From positions 133,343-197,342 of the forward strand of contig MNVE01000016.1 in NCBI GenBank assembly GCA_001871475.1: DNA of 64,000 bases, read 5' to 3'. Within the stretch, counting starts at the first letter, position 1. Each line of letters opens with the position of its first letter. The notes beneath the pieces are model-generated. The model did no database searches, had not been told where the DNA came from, and saw only the letters and a program-made list of their open reading frames with translations. Shown piece by piece: positions 10,101-19,405 of this stretch. This stretch comes from Candidatus Micrarchaeota archaeon CG1_02_47_40 (lineage in GTDB: Archaea; Micrarchaeota; Micrarchaeia; Anstonellales; CG1-02-47-40). A program made the translations under genes and the position numbers.

Positions 10101-10692
10101 CAACTCAAAATGGGTTGGAGAAAGCGAGAAAGCGGTTAGGGAGATTTTCCGCAAGGCAAGGACTGCCGCTCCCTGCATCATTTTCATAGATGAGATAGAC
10201 GCCGTAGGAAGCTGGAGGGGCGTTGCGGATGATGCAGGAGGCAGGGTGCGCGAGAGCGTCGTGAATACTTTCTTGACTGAAATGGACGGGCTTACCAATC
10301 TGAAAAACGTGGTGGTGATTGCGGCTACAAACAGGCCGGACATACTTGACCCCGGATTGCTTCGCGCAGGCAGGTTTGACAAGATAATAGAGATGACTGT
10401 GCCTGATGAGAAGACGAGGCACGAAATATTCAAGGTGCACACGAAAAAGATGCCCCTTGCAAAGGATGTGGATTTGGAGGAGCTTTCAAAGAAAACCGAG
10501 GAGAATACCGGAGCGGATATAGAAAATATCTGCAGGGAGGCAGGCATGCATGCAATACGCGAAAATCCGGAGGGCGCAAGCGTAGAAATGAAGCACTTCC
10601 TCTCCGCAATGAAGAGCATACGCCCGACAGTAACGAAGGCGCATGTTGAAAGCATGAAGAAGTTCGCAAAGCAGGACGCGATGTTCAGGTAA
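7150..10692 (+). CDS. cdc48: Cdc48/VCP-like AAA+ ATPase interrupted by an intein in the D2 domain
   Basis: N-domain, D1 ([23 protein letters not shown]) and D2 ([15 protein letters not shown] ... IIFIDEIDA) are present. The extein is 721 aa once the 460 aa insertion is removed. Confidence 0.9.
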   Translation: MGLMTKSIELKVAEALQQDVGRGIVRIDSRAREALGVSTGDIVELKGKRSTAAIVWQAHPQDEGMSIVRMDGYLRQNTGVALQDRIMVKKAETVEAKKVVLAPMQPIKYSPGFDQFVLKRLIGRALTKGDMIFVGVFGTSFPLIAALVQPSGMAMITDRTELVLKEEPIKKTGTGLTLSYEDVGGLKEEVRKIREMVELPMRHPELFEKLGIEAPKGVLIYGPPGTGKTLLAKAVASESEANFIHIGGPELVSKFVGESEEKLRQLFKDAEENAPSIIFMDELDAIAPKREEVTGEVEKRMVSQLLTLMDGLKARGQVIVIGATNRVNSIDPALRRPGRFDREIEIGVPDRKSRLEILQIHTRGMPLENDVNLEELSGITHGYTGADISSLTKEAAMKTLRRILPQINLEQDTIPPEILENLRVTREDFFNALREILPSALREVFLERPNVHWGDMGGMEKVKEEMKEAIELPLKRPEIFSKFGIRPIKGILLVGLPGTGKTMIAKAVATETEANFISIKGPEVLCLAPGTPIFTDNCGLREISEFYERIKDKTTVERATDSLEVRKLNEPVFTFGIGKNGQIEKTKIERMHRVFVPKSYEIALSNGTALTVSENQPFYAYADGEIRWVKTSELKEGSWIAVPAQIPAFAKEMTIAPPSDEHLRMVQENEEFAEMRVFSARETARLPKKLSEDLAEFLGWFVAEGNISKEGISIANADKENKGRIKKLFGLFVPAERIREYSDKTVVYSTPLVHYLEGIFEMFLRRKKSGIIGVPSIIFKSDCRRIARFLRGAYLGDGHLGKTKVEYGTMSKKLAHGITYLLSILGIKYRRWERKDRMWMITISGKKEISAFKSAVFGEEAGKVRRYYNARYHIPDVSALLREAKSALNLKYDKEIPEGLFEGVLSGRKRCGLIRLQRMMSYLEKYADEKFRKSRCCASLSLMSKGTLAWIRVEKKTAGGQMWMYDLETENSSFIGGELPTVLHNSKWVGESEKAVREIFRKARTAAPCIIFIDEIDAVGSWRGVADDAGGRVRESVVNTFLTEMDGLTNLKNVVVIAATNRPDILDPGLLRAGRFDKIIEMTVPDEKTRHEIFKVHTKKMPLAKDVDLEELSKKTEENTGADIENICREAGMHAIRENPEGASVEMKHFLSAMKSIRPTVTKAHVESMKKFAKQDAMFR
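8725..10104 (+). mobile_element. intein with LAGLIDADG-type homing endonuclease inside cdc48 D2
   Basis: The insertion begins with Cys (CLAPGTPIF) right after ISIKGPEVL and ends with VLHN followed by +1 Ser (SKWVGESEK). Internal LGWFVAEGN and [13 protein letters not shown] are LAGLIDADG-like blocks. Confidence 0.8.
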
Positions 10693-10697
10693 ATTTT

Positions 10698-11294
10698 ATG
10701 AAATACGCAACAGCATCATTCATAAGCCTGGAGGAGTTCGTAAACATCGCAGTTTCGGTGGTGGCAATATCGCTTGCACTCACCTTTAACACAGCAGGCG
10801 GGCTTTCCGTAAAGCCGCCTGATTTTGTTTTTTACATGGGAGTGTTTACGCTGACAGTGGGAATCGGATTTGTTCTGCACGAGCTTGCGCACAAATTCAC
10901 CGCAATGCGATATGGCGCATGGGCGCAGTTTAGGGCGTGGCCTGCTGGCTTGCTGCTGATGCTTGGGATGGCGCTGTTTCTCCCAATAATGTTCCTTGCT
11001 CCTGGCGCAGTCTACATTTACTCCCCTTACATAAACAAAAAGCAAAATGGCATAATTTCAGTCGCAGGGCCGCTTACAAACCTTGCGCTTGTGGCGGTGT
11101 TTGGAGTGATATACGCTTTTTCATTTGGAACGGTAAGGGAGATTGCCTCCCTTGGCGCGAGCGTGAACGCTTTCCTTGCATTCTTCAACATGATTCCCAT
11201 CTTTCCTCTTGACGGCTCTAAAGTCTTGGCATGGGATTGGAGGGTGTGGCTGGCAGTAATTGCAGTGGCTTTCCTGCTTTCAGGCGGGTTTTAG
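10698..11294 (+). CDS. site-2-protease-like (M50) membrane zinc metalloprotease
   Basis: Polytopic protein with HELAHK (HExxH) and NMIPIFPLDGSKVL (LDG motif). Confidence 0.7.
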   Translation: MKYATASFISLEEFVNIAVSVVAISLALTFNTAGGLSVKPPDFVFYMGVFTLTVGIGFVLHELAHKFTAMRYGAWAQFRAWPAGLLLMLGMALFLPIMFLAPGAVYIYSPYINKKQNGIISVAGPLTNLALVAVFGVIYAFSFGTVREIASLGASVNAFLAFFNMIPIFPLDGSKVLAWDWRVWLAVIAVAFLLSGGF

Positions 11295-11297
11295 CTT

Positions 11298-11930
11298 ATG
11301 GAAAAATCGGAAGGAGATTTTTCCAGACTTGCCTTAGAGAGCAAGCAGATGGAGGAGTTAAGAGGTGCGGAAGCTGTTTTGAAGGGGAAGAAAGTTGATG
11401 GAGAGAAGGCGCTTTGTAAAATAAGGGGGAAAAAAGGATATAGGAATGCGCTCTTGGATGCTAAGTTGCGGAAAGGAAGAACTAAAAGGGAAGCAAAATT
11501 AATGCAGAAAGCTTCTGAAGCCGGCGTTCCCTGCCCTGCTGTTTTTGGAGTGCGGGAGTTTGAAATTGATTTTTCCTTTATAGAAGGGAGATTGGCAAGC
11601 GAAATGAGGCTGGATGGAAATGCCCTGAAAGAATCTGCCAGACTTCTCTCCCTGCTTCACTCCATAAACATCATTCACGGAGATTATACCCCTGCAAACC
11701 TCATTATTGGAAAGGGAGGCAGGGTAAGCGTAATTGATTTTGGCTTGGGTTTCTTTTCGCATAAATTAGAGGATAAGGCGGTTGACGTATTTACGATGAA
11801 GCAGGCGCTTGAAGGAGGAATGGGGAAGAAATTCGTTGAGGAGTATGAAAAGTTTGGAGAGAAAGGAGTAGTTGAGAGGATGAGAGAGGTGGAGAGCAGA
11901 GCGAGATATCGGGAGAGAAAGGAGAAATGA
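11298..11930 (+). CDS. bud32: Bud32/PRPK-like (KEOPS) atypical Ser/Thr kinase
   Basis: 210 aa with IIHGDYTPANLII and VSVIDFGLG, the catalytic and DFG-like motifs of small RIO/Bud32 kinases. Confidence 0.7.
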   Translation: MEKSEGDFSRLALESKQMEELRGAEAVLKGKKVDGEKALCKIRGKKGYRNALLDAKLRKGRTKREAKLMQKASEAGVPCPAVFGVREFEIDFSFIEGRLASEMRLDGNALKESARLLSLLHSINIIHGDYTPANLIIGKGGRVSVIDFGLGFFSHKLEDKAVDVFTMKQALEGGMGKKFVEEYEKFGEKGVVERMREVESRARYRERKEK

Positions 11931-12042
11931 TGAGGGAAGCTGGGGAGAGATAAGAAAGCTGAAAAGAAGGCAAGGTATCGGGAGAGGGGCAAAGTATTAT
12001 AAAGGAGAAAACATCTAATTATACCACGTATAACAGTAAAAG

Positions 12043-12567
12043 GTGATTTTGATGAATAGAATTTATGCAAGAAAAGTAACTTTGCCCGATGGAAGAAGCG
12101 CAGTTGCCATAAGCGGAAAGAGGGCGCCGGGCTCGCAGAAGGTAAAAAAAGGGGAATTTTTTCACGAGCTTACAAAAAGAGAAAAGGATGAAAAGAACTG
12201 GAACCTGACAGAGAAAGAAGCTGAAACAATCCGCTTTGCGGAAAAAATAGGCAAGAAATACGATTTGAGAATAACCTCTCCTGAAGTCGGAATTTTCCGC
12301 GTGGAGTTTCCTAAAGAAAGCGGAATCAGTAGCCAAAAAATGAATCCAAAGGAGCTTGCAGGTTATCTGAAGCAGTTGGAATTCCTGTTCCTGAAAGCAA
12401 TGGCAAACGAGCGAGGCTATAATCTCAAGGAAGACCCTGACGGGAACAGGTACATTGTATTTGAAGGGGAAAAAGCAATAATGTCCCTGCGCCCCGCCGA
12501 TGTTGAGAAATTCCTGCAAAGAATGGAAATGACGGCACAAGAGAGGAAAAAGGCAGGCATTGAATAG
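12043..12567 (+). CDS. hypothetical protein
   Basis: Protein-like composition and an AAAGGTGA SD before ATG 12052. The opposite-strand ORF is Cys/Phe-rich junk. No recognisable motifs. Confidence 0.5.
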   Translation: MILMNRIYARKVTLPDGRSAVAISGKRAPGSQKVKKGEFFHELTKREKDEKNWNLTEKEAETIRFAEKIGKKYDLRITSPEVGIFRVEFPKESGISSQKMNPKELAGYLKQLEFLFLKAMANERGYNLKEDPDGNRYIVFEGEKAIMSLRPADVEKFLQRMEMTAQERKKAGIE

Positions 12568-12582
12568 TTTGAGGTGGTATAA

Positions 12583-13086
12583 ATGACAGCAAAAATCACG
12601 GTTAAATTTGGCAGGTATGGAGGGACTGGGATAACTTTTCCCGTTCCAGAGTATATTGCGAGGGCGTTTGCGAAAAAAGAGCCCCTTGCGGGGGAGGCGC
12701 TCAAGAGAAGAGAGGATGTGCGCAGATTATTTAGGTGGGTGGAAAAGGGAGAGCCTGAACGGATTGTAATGAGAAAGTATAAACTTCTTGCCGGAATTGA
12801 CAAAACAGAGGAGGTTTCGGTCAGCTTTGAGATTCCGCCGGAAGCAAGACTGCGCGAAGGGCAGGAAGAGCTGACGCTCGGAAAAACAATAAAGAACAGC
12901 GAAATTACGAAGGAAGTCTTTCAAAAAGCAAAGCAGGCGAGAATTAAGGCTTACACCTTGGGCTGGAGCCCGGAGGGAATTAGGTACCATATTGCCAGGG
13001 AAGCACAAGGACCGATTATGGTGCTGACTCTGCAGGAGCTTTCCAATCTCTGCGATGCCCGAAAAAATCAGGGGGAAGCTAACTAA
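12583..13086 (+). CDS. hypothetical protein
   Basis: GAGGTGG SD 6 nt upstream. No recognisable motifs. Confidence 0.5.
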   Translation: MTAKITVKFGRYGGTGITFPVPEYIARAFAKKEPLAGEALKRREDVRRLFRWVEKGEPERIVMRKYKLLAGIDKTEEVSVSFEIPPEARLREGQEELTLGKTIKNSEITKEVFQKAKQARIKAYTLGWSPEGIRYHIAREAQGPIMVLTLQELSNLCDARKNQGEAN

Positions 13087-13200
13087 AGCTCCCCTACCCT
13101 TCTCTTCATCTTGCGCTTGAGCCTTTTCCTTCTCTTCTTTAGCCATTTCCAGCGCATTCTTCCCTTCTTTTTCCATTTTCGTGGTCTTGCACTCAAAAAA

Positions 13201-13360
13201 TCACACCTTAAGTTAATTTTTGTTTCTTTTGCTTATATATGAATTTTGCATATATATGATATACTTGTTTTTTCCCTTTGAATATACTGCTTAAGTTTTT
13301 TCCCTTCGGATATAAACCTTAAGTTAATACTTGTTTTTTCTCTTTTGCTTATATATGAAT
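13201..13360. repeat. paired direct repeats (~40 bp) with TATA-like boxes in a convergent intergenic region
   Basis: accttaagttaat..ttgtttcttttgcttatatatgaat occurs at 13205-13245 and 13316-13358. Extra cttaagtt and tacttgttttttc fragments lie between them. Confidence 0.6.
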
Positions 13361-13377
13361 ATAAAGGTTTGCAAGCA

Positions 13378-13944
13378 TCAGTTTTTTGAGATTGCGCCAT
13401 AAAGGGGCTTTGAAAGGAACACCTTGTTCGTTTTTCCAACCCGCTCCAGGCTCAAAATGCCCTTCTTTGCAAGGCGGGCTAACGCACGGTGAGCGCGCAG
13501 GCGCGTCATTCCCTCAAGCCTGCTTATTTCCGACTGGTATGCACTTCCCCCGCCTTTTGCAAGAAAGGAGAGTATTTTGCGCTCCTCCTCTGCAAGGAAA
13601 TTCAAGAGCATTTCCGCGGTTATCTCGCTTTCCTTCTCCTTTTGCTCTATGCGCGCGTAAAGAAGGTAGAATACAAATGCCCCTACTGCAACCCCCAAAG
13701 CAGCCATAAGGAGCATCATCTCCATGTGATAATACGCAAGAAAGTCAAACAAGCCGAATGAATAGCCGGGAGGAAGGCGGTAGGTGAATATAATGGAGAA
13801 GGAAAGAAAAAGAAAGGCGGCAATGGTGCTGACTGCAAGCGCAAGCCTCCTGTTTTGGGACATTTGGCGTAATTTAGGCATCTGCAGGGGGTTGATTTCC
13901 GTTTTTGCAGCCATTGTTTCACCAATTGATAAGTATTGTTTCAT
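13378..13944 (-). CDS. membrane-anchored winged-helix transcriptional regulator
   Basis: Two N-terminal TM helices are followed by a wHTH (EISRLEGMTRLRAHRALARLAKKGILSLERVGKTNKVFL). It is divergent from the copper gene cluster. Confidence 0.55.
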   Translation of the reverse strand: MKQYLSIGETMAAKTEINPLQMPKLRQMSQNRRLALAVSTIAAFLFLSFSIIFTYRLPPGYSFGLFDFLAYYHMEMMLLMAALGVAVGAFVFYLLYARIEQKEKESEITAEMLLNFLAEEERKILSFLAKGGGSAYQSEISRLEGMTRLRAHRALARLAKKGILSLERVGKTNKVFLSKPLYGAISKN

Positions 13945-13999
13945 ACAAATGAAATAGTGAAGTTGATGGAATATTTAAAATAAACGGTTGGTGATTTGA

Positions 14000-14629
14000 A
14001 TGGGTATGGATAAGCTTTCGTTGTTTGCAGTCCTGTTTGCGCTTGCGGGAATCGTGATGATTTTCGCGCTTTCAAGCGGAATCGGGGGAAATGAAATAAT
14101 TGACAGTGCCACTGGAGGCAATACGCTTGCGGGAAGCGGGGCGGATGGCACGGGAAGCAATTCTGGCGGCGGAGGGTGCGGCGGAGTGTCTGGCGGCGGA
14201 TGCGGCTCTGCTGTTGGAGTGGGCGGCTGCGGATGCGGCGGCGGTATTGGAGGCAATACTAATGCGGGAGGCAGTGCAGACACTGGAAGCAAAGCCGATG
14301 CAGGAGGAGCTGGAAGCGGTGCGGCAGGAAGCGGCACTGGAACTGGCGCTGGAAGCGGTTCTGTACAGGATGTTTACATAAAGGCGCTTGGCAGTGGAAG
14401 GTATGATAAGGGAGAGGTGCGCGTGAAGGCAGGGGTGCCGGTGCGCTTTCATTTCAGCGCCGAGCAGAATTCAGGATGCGGCAAGCTCGTGGTGATGGAG
14501 GAATTCGGCGTGCGCCTCGTTTCCTACAATGGGGAGGAAACGGTTGCACAATTCACGCCAACGCAGAAAGGCATTTACGAGTATCACTGCGGGATGCACA
14601 TGTTTGTTGGAAGGATGATAGTTGAATAA
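14000..14629 (+). CDS. secreted/membrane-anchored Gly/Cys-rich protein with C-terminal cupredoxin-like copper-binding domain
   Basis: N-terminal TM/signal, a GGGGCGGVSGGGCG low-complexity segment, and a C-terminal VRFHFSAEQN...YEYHCGMHMFVGRM with a His/Cys/His/Met pattern like type-1 Cu sites. Confidence 0.55.
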   Translation: MGMDKLSLFAVLFALAGIVMIFALSSGIGGNEIIDSATGGNTLAGSGADGTGSNSGGGGCGGVSGGGCGSAVGVGGCGCGGGIGGNTNAGGSADTGSKADAGGAGSGAAGSGTGTGAGSGSVQDVYIKALGSGRYDKGEVRVKAGVPVRFHFSAEQNSGCGKLVVMEEFGVRLVSYNGEETVAQFTPTQKGIYEYHCGMHMFVGRMIVE

Positions 14630-14734
14630 TGGAAATGAGGGGAATGGAAAGAATACAAAAAGAGGAGGGGAAGGCATAATTGGAAGAATGATAGTGGAAT
14701 AGGAAAGAATACGATTAGGGGAAACAGTTGAATA

Positions 14735-14953
14735 ATGGAGATGGTTTGCATGGAAAAAATACTGAAAATAAAAGGAATGCACTGCAAAAGCTGCGAAATG
14801 ATAGTTGCGGATGCGGTGAATGGGATAAGAGGGGCGAAAGCCATTTACGTTGACAGTGGGAAAGGGGAGATGAAAGTCAGTGTGGAAAACGAGGGGGTTG
14901 TTGAAAAGATAGCAAAGGCGGTTGCAAAGGAAGGATATTCTTTAGTAAAATAA
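14735..14953 (+). CDS. copZ: heavy-metal-associated (HMA) copper chaperone, CopZ-like
   Basis: 72 aa with GMHCKSCE (MxCxxC). Confidence 0.75.
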   Translation: MEMVCMEKILKIKGMHCKSCEMIVADAVNGIRGAKAIYVDSGKGEMKVSVENEGVVEKIAKAVAKEGYSLVK

Positions 14954-15002
14954 TGAATAAGAAGGGGAAGGCAAATATGATAAATAAAGGAGGGGAAAGC
15001 AA

Positions 15003-15959
15003 ATGGAAAAAATACTGAAAATAAAGGGAATGCACTGCAAAAGCTGCGAAAGGGTGATTGCCGGTGCAGTGAATGAAATTGAAGGAGTGAATGCGGTGTA
15101 TGTAAGCCAGGAAAGGGGGGAGATGAAAGTCGGCATTGCAAAGGATGAGGATGTAGAAAAAATCTCAAAGGCGATTGCAAAGGGAGGGTATGAAATTATT
15201 AGAGAGGGGAAAAAAGAAGAGGAGGGAAAACAGGCAGGAGAAAGCACGCGCAGCCGCGCAAGGGATTTTTTGCTTGGGCTGTTTTCAGGGAGGGAGGGGT
15301 TTGAGATTGAAAACCGCCTTTTTGCATATGCGGCATTTTCAATCGTATCATTGCTGATTGCGCTCGTATTCTTTTACTTCACGGCATTCAACAGAATTCC
15401 GCGCTTCCTTGAAATTTATGCGCCTCTCCTCGTTTTGGCAGCCGCCGGAATACCCACAATCCTTTTTGCGTTCTTTCACGCGCAGGCATTCAGAAGAAGA
15501 GCCTCCTGCATGGGCGGGATGATGGTGGGGATGACTATTGGGATGATGGCAGGGTTTCTTTTGGGGGCGCTTGCAGGCGCGACCAATGGGATGTTTGTAG
15601 GAAGCCTTGTTGGTATGGGAGTAGGAATGCTCGTGGGATTTGAGGCGGGCAGGTGCTGCGGAGTGATGGGCGCCATGGAAGGGCTTATGGGAGGCTTGAT
15701 GGCAGGCACCATGGGCGCGATGCTGTCGGTCATGATGGTAACTGACAACCTTATACTGTTCCTCTACATCCTCTTTGCCTGCTGCCTTGCAATACTTGCA
15801 GGCATGAGTTATATGATAAGAAAGGAGCATGGGAAGATGATGCATGAGCATCTGCAAATCAGCCTTGGCGGGTTCTTTTTGATTTGCCTTGGCGCTCTGC
15901 TCTTCCTTTGCGCGATAATGATTTTCGGACCGAAAGCAGGGATAGTAATTGGTGGTTAA
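15003..15959 (+). CDS. HMA domain fused to Met/Gly-rich polytopic membrane domain
   Basis: N-terminal HMA ([10 protein letters not shown]) paralogous to the upstream gene. The C-terminus has several TM helices rich in Met ([16 protein letters not shown]...[21 protein letters not shown]). Confidence 0.65.
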   Translation: MEKILKIKGMHCKSCERVIAGAVNEIEGVNAVYVSQERGEMKVGIAKDEDVEKISKAIAKGGYEIIREGKKEEEGKQAGESTRSRARDFLLGLFSGREGFEIENRLFAYAAFSIVSLLIALVFFYFTAFNRIPRFLEIYAPLLVLAAAGIPTILFAFFHAQAFRRRASCMGGMMVGMTIGMMAGFLLGALAGATNGMFVGSLVGMGVGMLVGFEAGRCCGVMGAMEGLMGGLMAGTMGAMLSVMMVTDNLILFLYILFACCLAILAGMSYMIRKEHGKMMHEHLQISLGGFFLICLGALLFLCAIMIFGPKAGIVIGG

Positions 15960-18285
15960 GATGAAAACGATTGAAATTAAACGGAGAGGAAAGTTCTCAA
16001 GGGGGGTTGAAACCCTCAAGGGAAACACCGTGCGAGCAGGCAGGATGAAATATGTATCTACTCTGCTCTCACGGTGTTGGAGTGGAACCCCCCTTATGGG
16101 AATGAAAACCGTTGAGAATACACGAGAAATAAAAAGAACTCAGATTTCAATTTCAGGAATGCACTGCGCAAGCTGTGCGTCGCTTATTTCAAAGGCTCTG
16201 CAGAAAACGCAGGGAGTGAAAAGCGTGAATGTGAATTACGCGGCAGCGAAAGCAAGCGTTGAATTTGACGAGAAAAAAACAGATGAGAAAAAAATAATTG
16301 AGGTAATAAAGTCAAGGGGATATTCTGCTTTGGTGGGAGTTGACCACGAGCATGAGAGCCTGGTAAGGGAAAGGGAGATAATTGAATTGAGAAATTTGCT
16401 CGTATTCGCCGCGGCGCTCTCCTTGCCGGCATTTCTGCTTGGAATGTTCTTAATGGAATTCCCATACCGAAGCCTTCTTCTCTTCTTGCTTGCTACCCCT
16501 GTACAGTTTATTGCCGGAAGGGGGTTTTACCTTGGGGCGTTAAGCGCCCTGAAAAACCGCACAGCAAGCATGGATACGCTGATTGCAATAGGCACCAGCG
16601 CCGCTTACTTTTACAGCATCGCCTTTCTCTTCGGGCTTGTAGAGGAGCAATACTTTGAGACGGCAGCAGTACTTATTACCTTAGTTATTTTAGGAAAATA
16701 TCTAGAGGCGCGCGCCAAAGGCAGGACAAGCCAAGCGATACGAAAACTGATGGGGCTTGCGCCAAAACATGCGATAGTGATACGCGCAGGCAGGGAGATG
16801 AAGGTTCCCATTTCCGAAGTAAGGGTAGGTGACATCGTCTTAGTAAAGCCCGGGGAGAAAATACCTGTGGACGGCATCGTTCTTGAGGGAAAGTCGGCAG
16901 TAGATGAGAGTATGATTACCGGAGAGAGCGTGCCGGCTGACAAGTCAAAGGGGATGAAAGTTGTAGGGGCTTCCATAAACAAAAACGGGGTTTTACGCAT
17001 AAAGGCAATGAAAATAGGAAAAGACACTGTGCTTTCGCAGATAGTGAAACTGGTTGAGGAGGCGCAAGGAAGCAGGGCTGATATACAGCGGTTTGCGGAT
17101 GCGATAAGCGCGGTTTTTGTGCCGGTGGTTGTCGCCATAGCCATCCTTTCCCTGGCAGTCTGGATTATGCTTGGGCAGACCTTCTCCTTTGCCCTTCTGA
17201 CAGCAGTTTCCGTTCTTGTGATAGCCTGCCCCTGCGCACTGGGGCTTGCAACTCCGACTGCGATAATGGTAGGCACCGGGATTGGCGCGCAGAGGGGAAT
17301 TCTCATAAAAAACGCGGAAACGCTTGAGAACATGCACAAGATAAACGCGCTCATATTTGACAAGACAGGAACGATAACCGAGGGGAAGATGAATGTGACC
17401 GATTTTGTCCCTCTTGAAGGCGCGCATGATGCAACTGCGCTTTCTCTTGCGTATTCAGTAGAGGCAAACTCCGAGCACCCGCTTGCGGATGCGATTGTGA
17501 ATTACGCAAAGGGTGAAGGGGCAAAAAAACAGAAAACTTCCTCCTTTAGGGCGGTGCCCGGGCACGGGGTTGAGGCAATGGTGGGAAAAGAGCGCGTGTA
17601 TATAGGAAAGCCAAAAGGCACTCACGCAAAAGGAAAGATTGTTTCCCTCATCGCACGGCTTGAAGGGGAGGGAAAAACCGTGATGGTGCTTGAGAAAAAC
17701 GGAAAGCCGTCAGCCGTAATCGGAGTTGCGGATGTAATAAGAAAAACAAGCAGAGCGGCGGTTGCCGAACTTCAAAAGCTTGGGATATCCTCCTGGATGA
17801 TTACTGGGGATAATAAGAGGACTGCGGCTGCGATTGCACGCCTTGCAGGCATAAAAAACGTCTTTGCGCAGGTCCTCCCAAAAGACAAGGCGGAATATGT
17901 GAAGAAGCTTCAGAAAAAAGGGATGAAGGTTGCAATGGTTGGGGACGGCATAAATGATGCGCCGGCGCTTGCGCAGGCAGACATAGGAATTGCAATGGGA
18001 GGCGGAACCGACGTGGCGATTGAAACCGGCTCCGTAATCATTATGAGAAATGACCCGCTGGACGTTCCGCGCGCAATAAAGCTGGGAAGGGCGACAATAA
18101 ACAAGATAAGGCAGAATATGTTCTGGGCGCTTGTATATAATGTTGTCGGCATACCAATAGCTGCTGGTGTGCTTTATCCTTCCTTTGGGATACTGCTCTC
18201 TCCCATTATTGCGGGAGGCGCGATGGCGCTCTCAAGCGTTTCGGTGGTGGGAAACTCGCTGCTTCTTGGAAGGGAGAAACTGTAG
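15949..18285 (+). CDS. copA: copper-translocating P1B-type ATPase
   Basis: [18 protein letters not shown] ([11 protein letters not shown]), DKTGT, HP (SEHPLA), GDGINDAP. The true start is probably an internal Met near 16090. Confidence 0.9.
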   Translation: MVVKMKTIEIKRRGKFSRGVETLKGNTVRAGRMKYVSTLLSRCWSGTPLMGMKTVENTREIKRTQISISGMHCASCASLISKALQKTQGVKSVNVNYAAAKASVEFDEKKTDEKKIIEVIKSRGYSALVGVDHEHESLVREREIIELRNLLVFAAALSLPAFLLGMFLMEFPYRSLLLFLLATPVQFIAGRGFYLGALSALKNRTASMDTLIAIGTSAAYFYSIAFLFGLVEEQYFETAAVLITLVILGKYLEARAKGRTSQAIRKLMGLAPKHAIVIRAGREMKVPISEVRVGDIVLVKPGEKIPVDGIVLEGKSAVDESMITGESVPADKSKGMKVVGASINKNGVLRIKAMKIGKDTVLSQIVKLVEEAQGSRADIQRFADAISAVFVPVVVAIAILSLAVWIMLGQTFSFALLTAVSVLVIACPCALGLATPTAIMVGTGIGAQRGILIKNAETLENMHKINALIFDKTGTITEGKMNVTDFVPLEGAHDATALSLAYSVEANSEHPLADAIVNYAKGEGAKKQKTSSFRAVPGHGVEAMVGKERVYIGKPKGTHAKGKIVSLIARLEGEGKTVMVLEKNGKPSAVIGVADVIRKTSRAAVAELQKLGISSWMITGDNKRTAAAIARLAGIKNVFAQVLPKDKAEYVKKLQKKGMKVAMVGDGINDAPALAQADIGIAMGGGTDVAIETGSVIIMRNDPLDVPRAIKLGRATINKIRQNMFWALVYNVVGIPIAAGVLYPSFGILLSPIIAGGAMALSSVSVVGNSLLLGREKL

Positions 18286-18308
18286 TTTTTTTCCTCTTCT
18301 TAGCGCGG

Positions 18309-19010
18309 TTAAGTTGGTTCAACGTCGCTTCTGATTATGAAATAATAAGATTTGTCATCTTCGGTTTCTGACTGTATCTCTATGCGATACCCTTCAATTC
18401 GCACCTTAATGTAGTTTATAATCTCCTTTGCGTTTTCTTCTGCCTTTTTGCCGATGCCGAGCAGAATTATTCCCCTTGGAATGTGAGCATCAATTTGCGT
18501 AACAATGCGCCTACCAGTATGTTCAATACTCTCCTCTGCTTTTATGAACCCGACATATTTGTCAATATTTTTTAGGCTTTCACTTATTCCTTCCTTCAAT
18601 TCGGTTTCATTCGTTGTTTTTTCAAATAATAGCCATAAATACTTGTCAATCAAGCCGTTCTGAGAAAGTTGCGCTACGTGCAACCCTCTCGTTCCGAACT
18701 TATTGCGTATTATCCTTCTGAGGTTGTCTAGCTTCTCGTAATTTTTTTCTTTTTCAAATGCCCGCAATGAAAGACCCATTTCTATCTGCAAGCGGATATC
18801 TGAATCGGAAACGTATTTTCGATACAGCTTCCAAGATGGTTTTTCTCTTTGTTTCCTAACTACTTCAATGGTTTCCTTATCCACTATAAACGCAAGTTCT
18901 CCTCGTTTAAATCGTTCTATAAAGTCTTCAAATTTTTCTTCAAAGTGCTCCATTACCGCTTTTGCCGCACCTTTAACTGTCGATGCGATAGGGTCCGGCT
19001 CTGACACCAT
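18309..19010 (-). CDS. hypothetical protein (ORFan, low-GC islet)
   Basis: 233 aa with no recognisable motifs. Local GC is markedly lower than flanking copA. Confidence 0.45.
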   Translation of the reverse strand: MVSEPDPIASTVKGAAKAVMEHFEEKFEDFIERFKRGELAFIVDKETIEVVRKQREKPSWKLYRKYVSDSDIRLQIEMGLSLRAFEKEKNYEKLDNLRRIIRNKFGTRGLHVAQLSQNGLIDKYLWLLFEKTTNETELKEGISESLKNIDKYVGFIKAEESIEHTGRRIVTQIDAHIPRGIILLGIGKKAEENAKEIINYIKVRIEGYRIEIQSETEDDKSYYFIIRSDVEPT

Positions 19011-19022
19011 ATTTGCACTTCC

Positions 19023-19289
19023 TTAAATTTCTTTGTCGTATTCATCTAAATAAGCAGCTATACTTAACGGGTTGTTATCTAAAATCACCGTGCTTCCAGG
19101 AAAGATTAGCATGTTGGAGAGACTGACGTCTATTCCTACGTATTTGTCCTGTACTCTTTTTCCGCTATTATCAACTACATAACCGTCTTTGGAACCGTAA
19201 CCAAGCCGTTCAAGCAATTTTTGTTTCATAACTTCGGGTATATCCTTAAGTGAAATGTACTCCATTTTTCTCACCCTCTTAAAGAACAT
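19023..19289 (-). CDS. hypothetical small protein (88 aa), co-oriented with 18309..19010
   Basis: 12-nt gap to the downstream ORF on the same low-GC islet. Confidence 0.4.
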   Translation of the reverse strand: MFFKRVRKMEYISLKDIPEVMKQKLLERLGYGSKDGYVVDNSGKRVQDKYVGIDVSLSNMLIFPGSTVILDNNPLSIAAYLDEYDKEI

Positions 19290-19405
19290 AAATAATTGGA
19301 AAATTTAAAAACAGATAGTATTATGTTAGACAAGTATAAAATACTGTTTAGGAAAAATATCGCCAAAATATTGACATTTTCTTCTCTTTTAGCCTTCCTT
19401 CTTTT

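Noticed and set aside
12019-12540. 173-aa minus-strand ORF overlapping 12043..12567
   Set aside because: Cys/Phe/Leu-rich antisense-type composition. The plus-strand ORF has an SD and balanced composition.
15348-16028. 226-aa His/Cys-rich minus-strand ORF overlapping the HMA-membrane gene and copA start
   Set aside because: Antisense to two well-supported genes. The His-rich composition mirrors the Met/Gly codons on the opposite strand.
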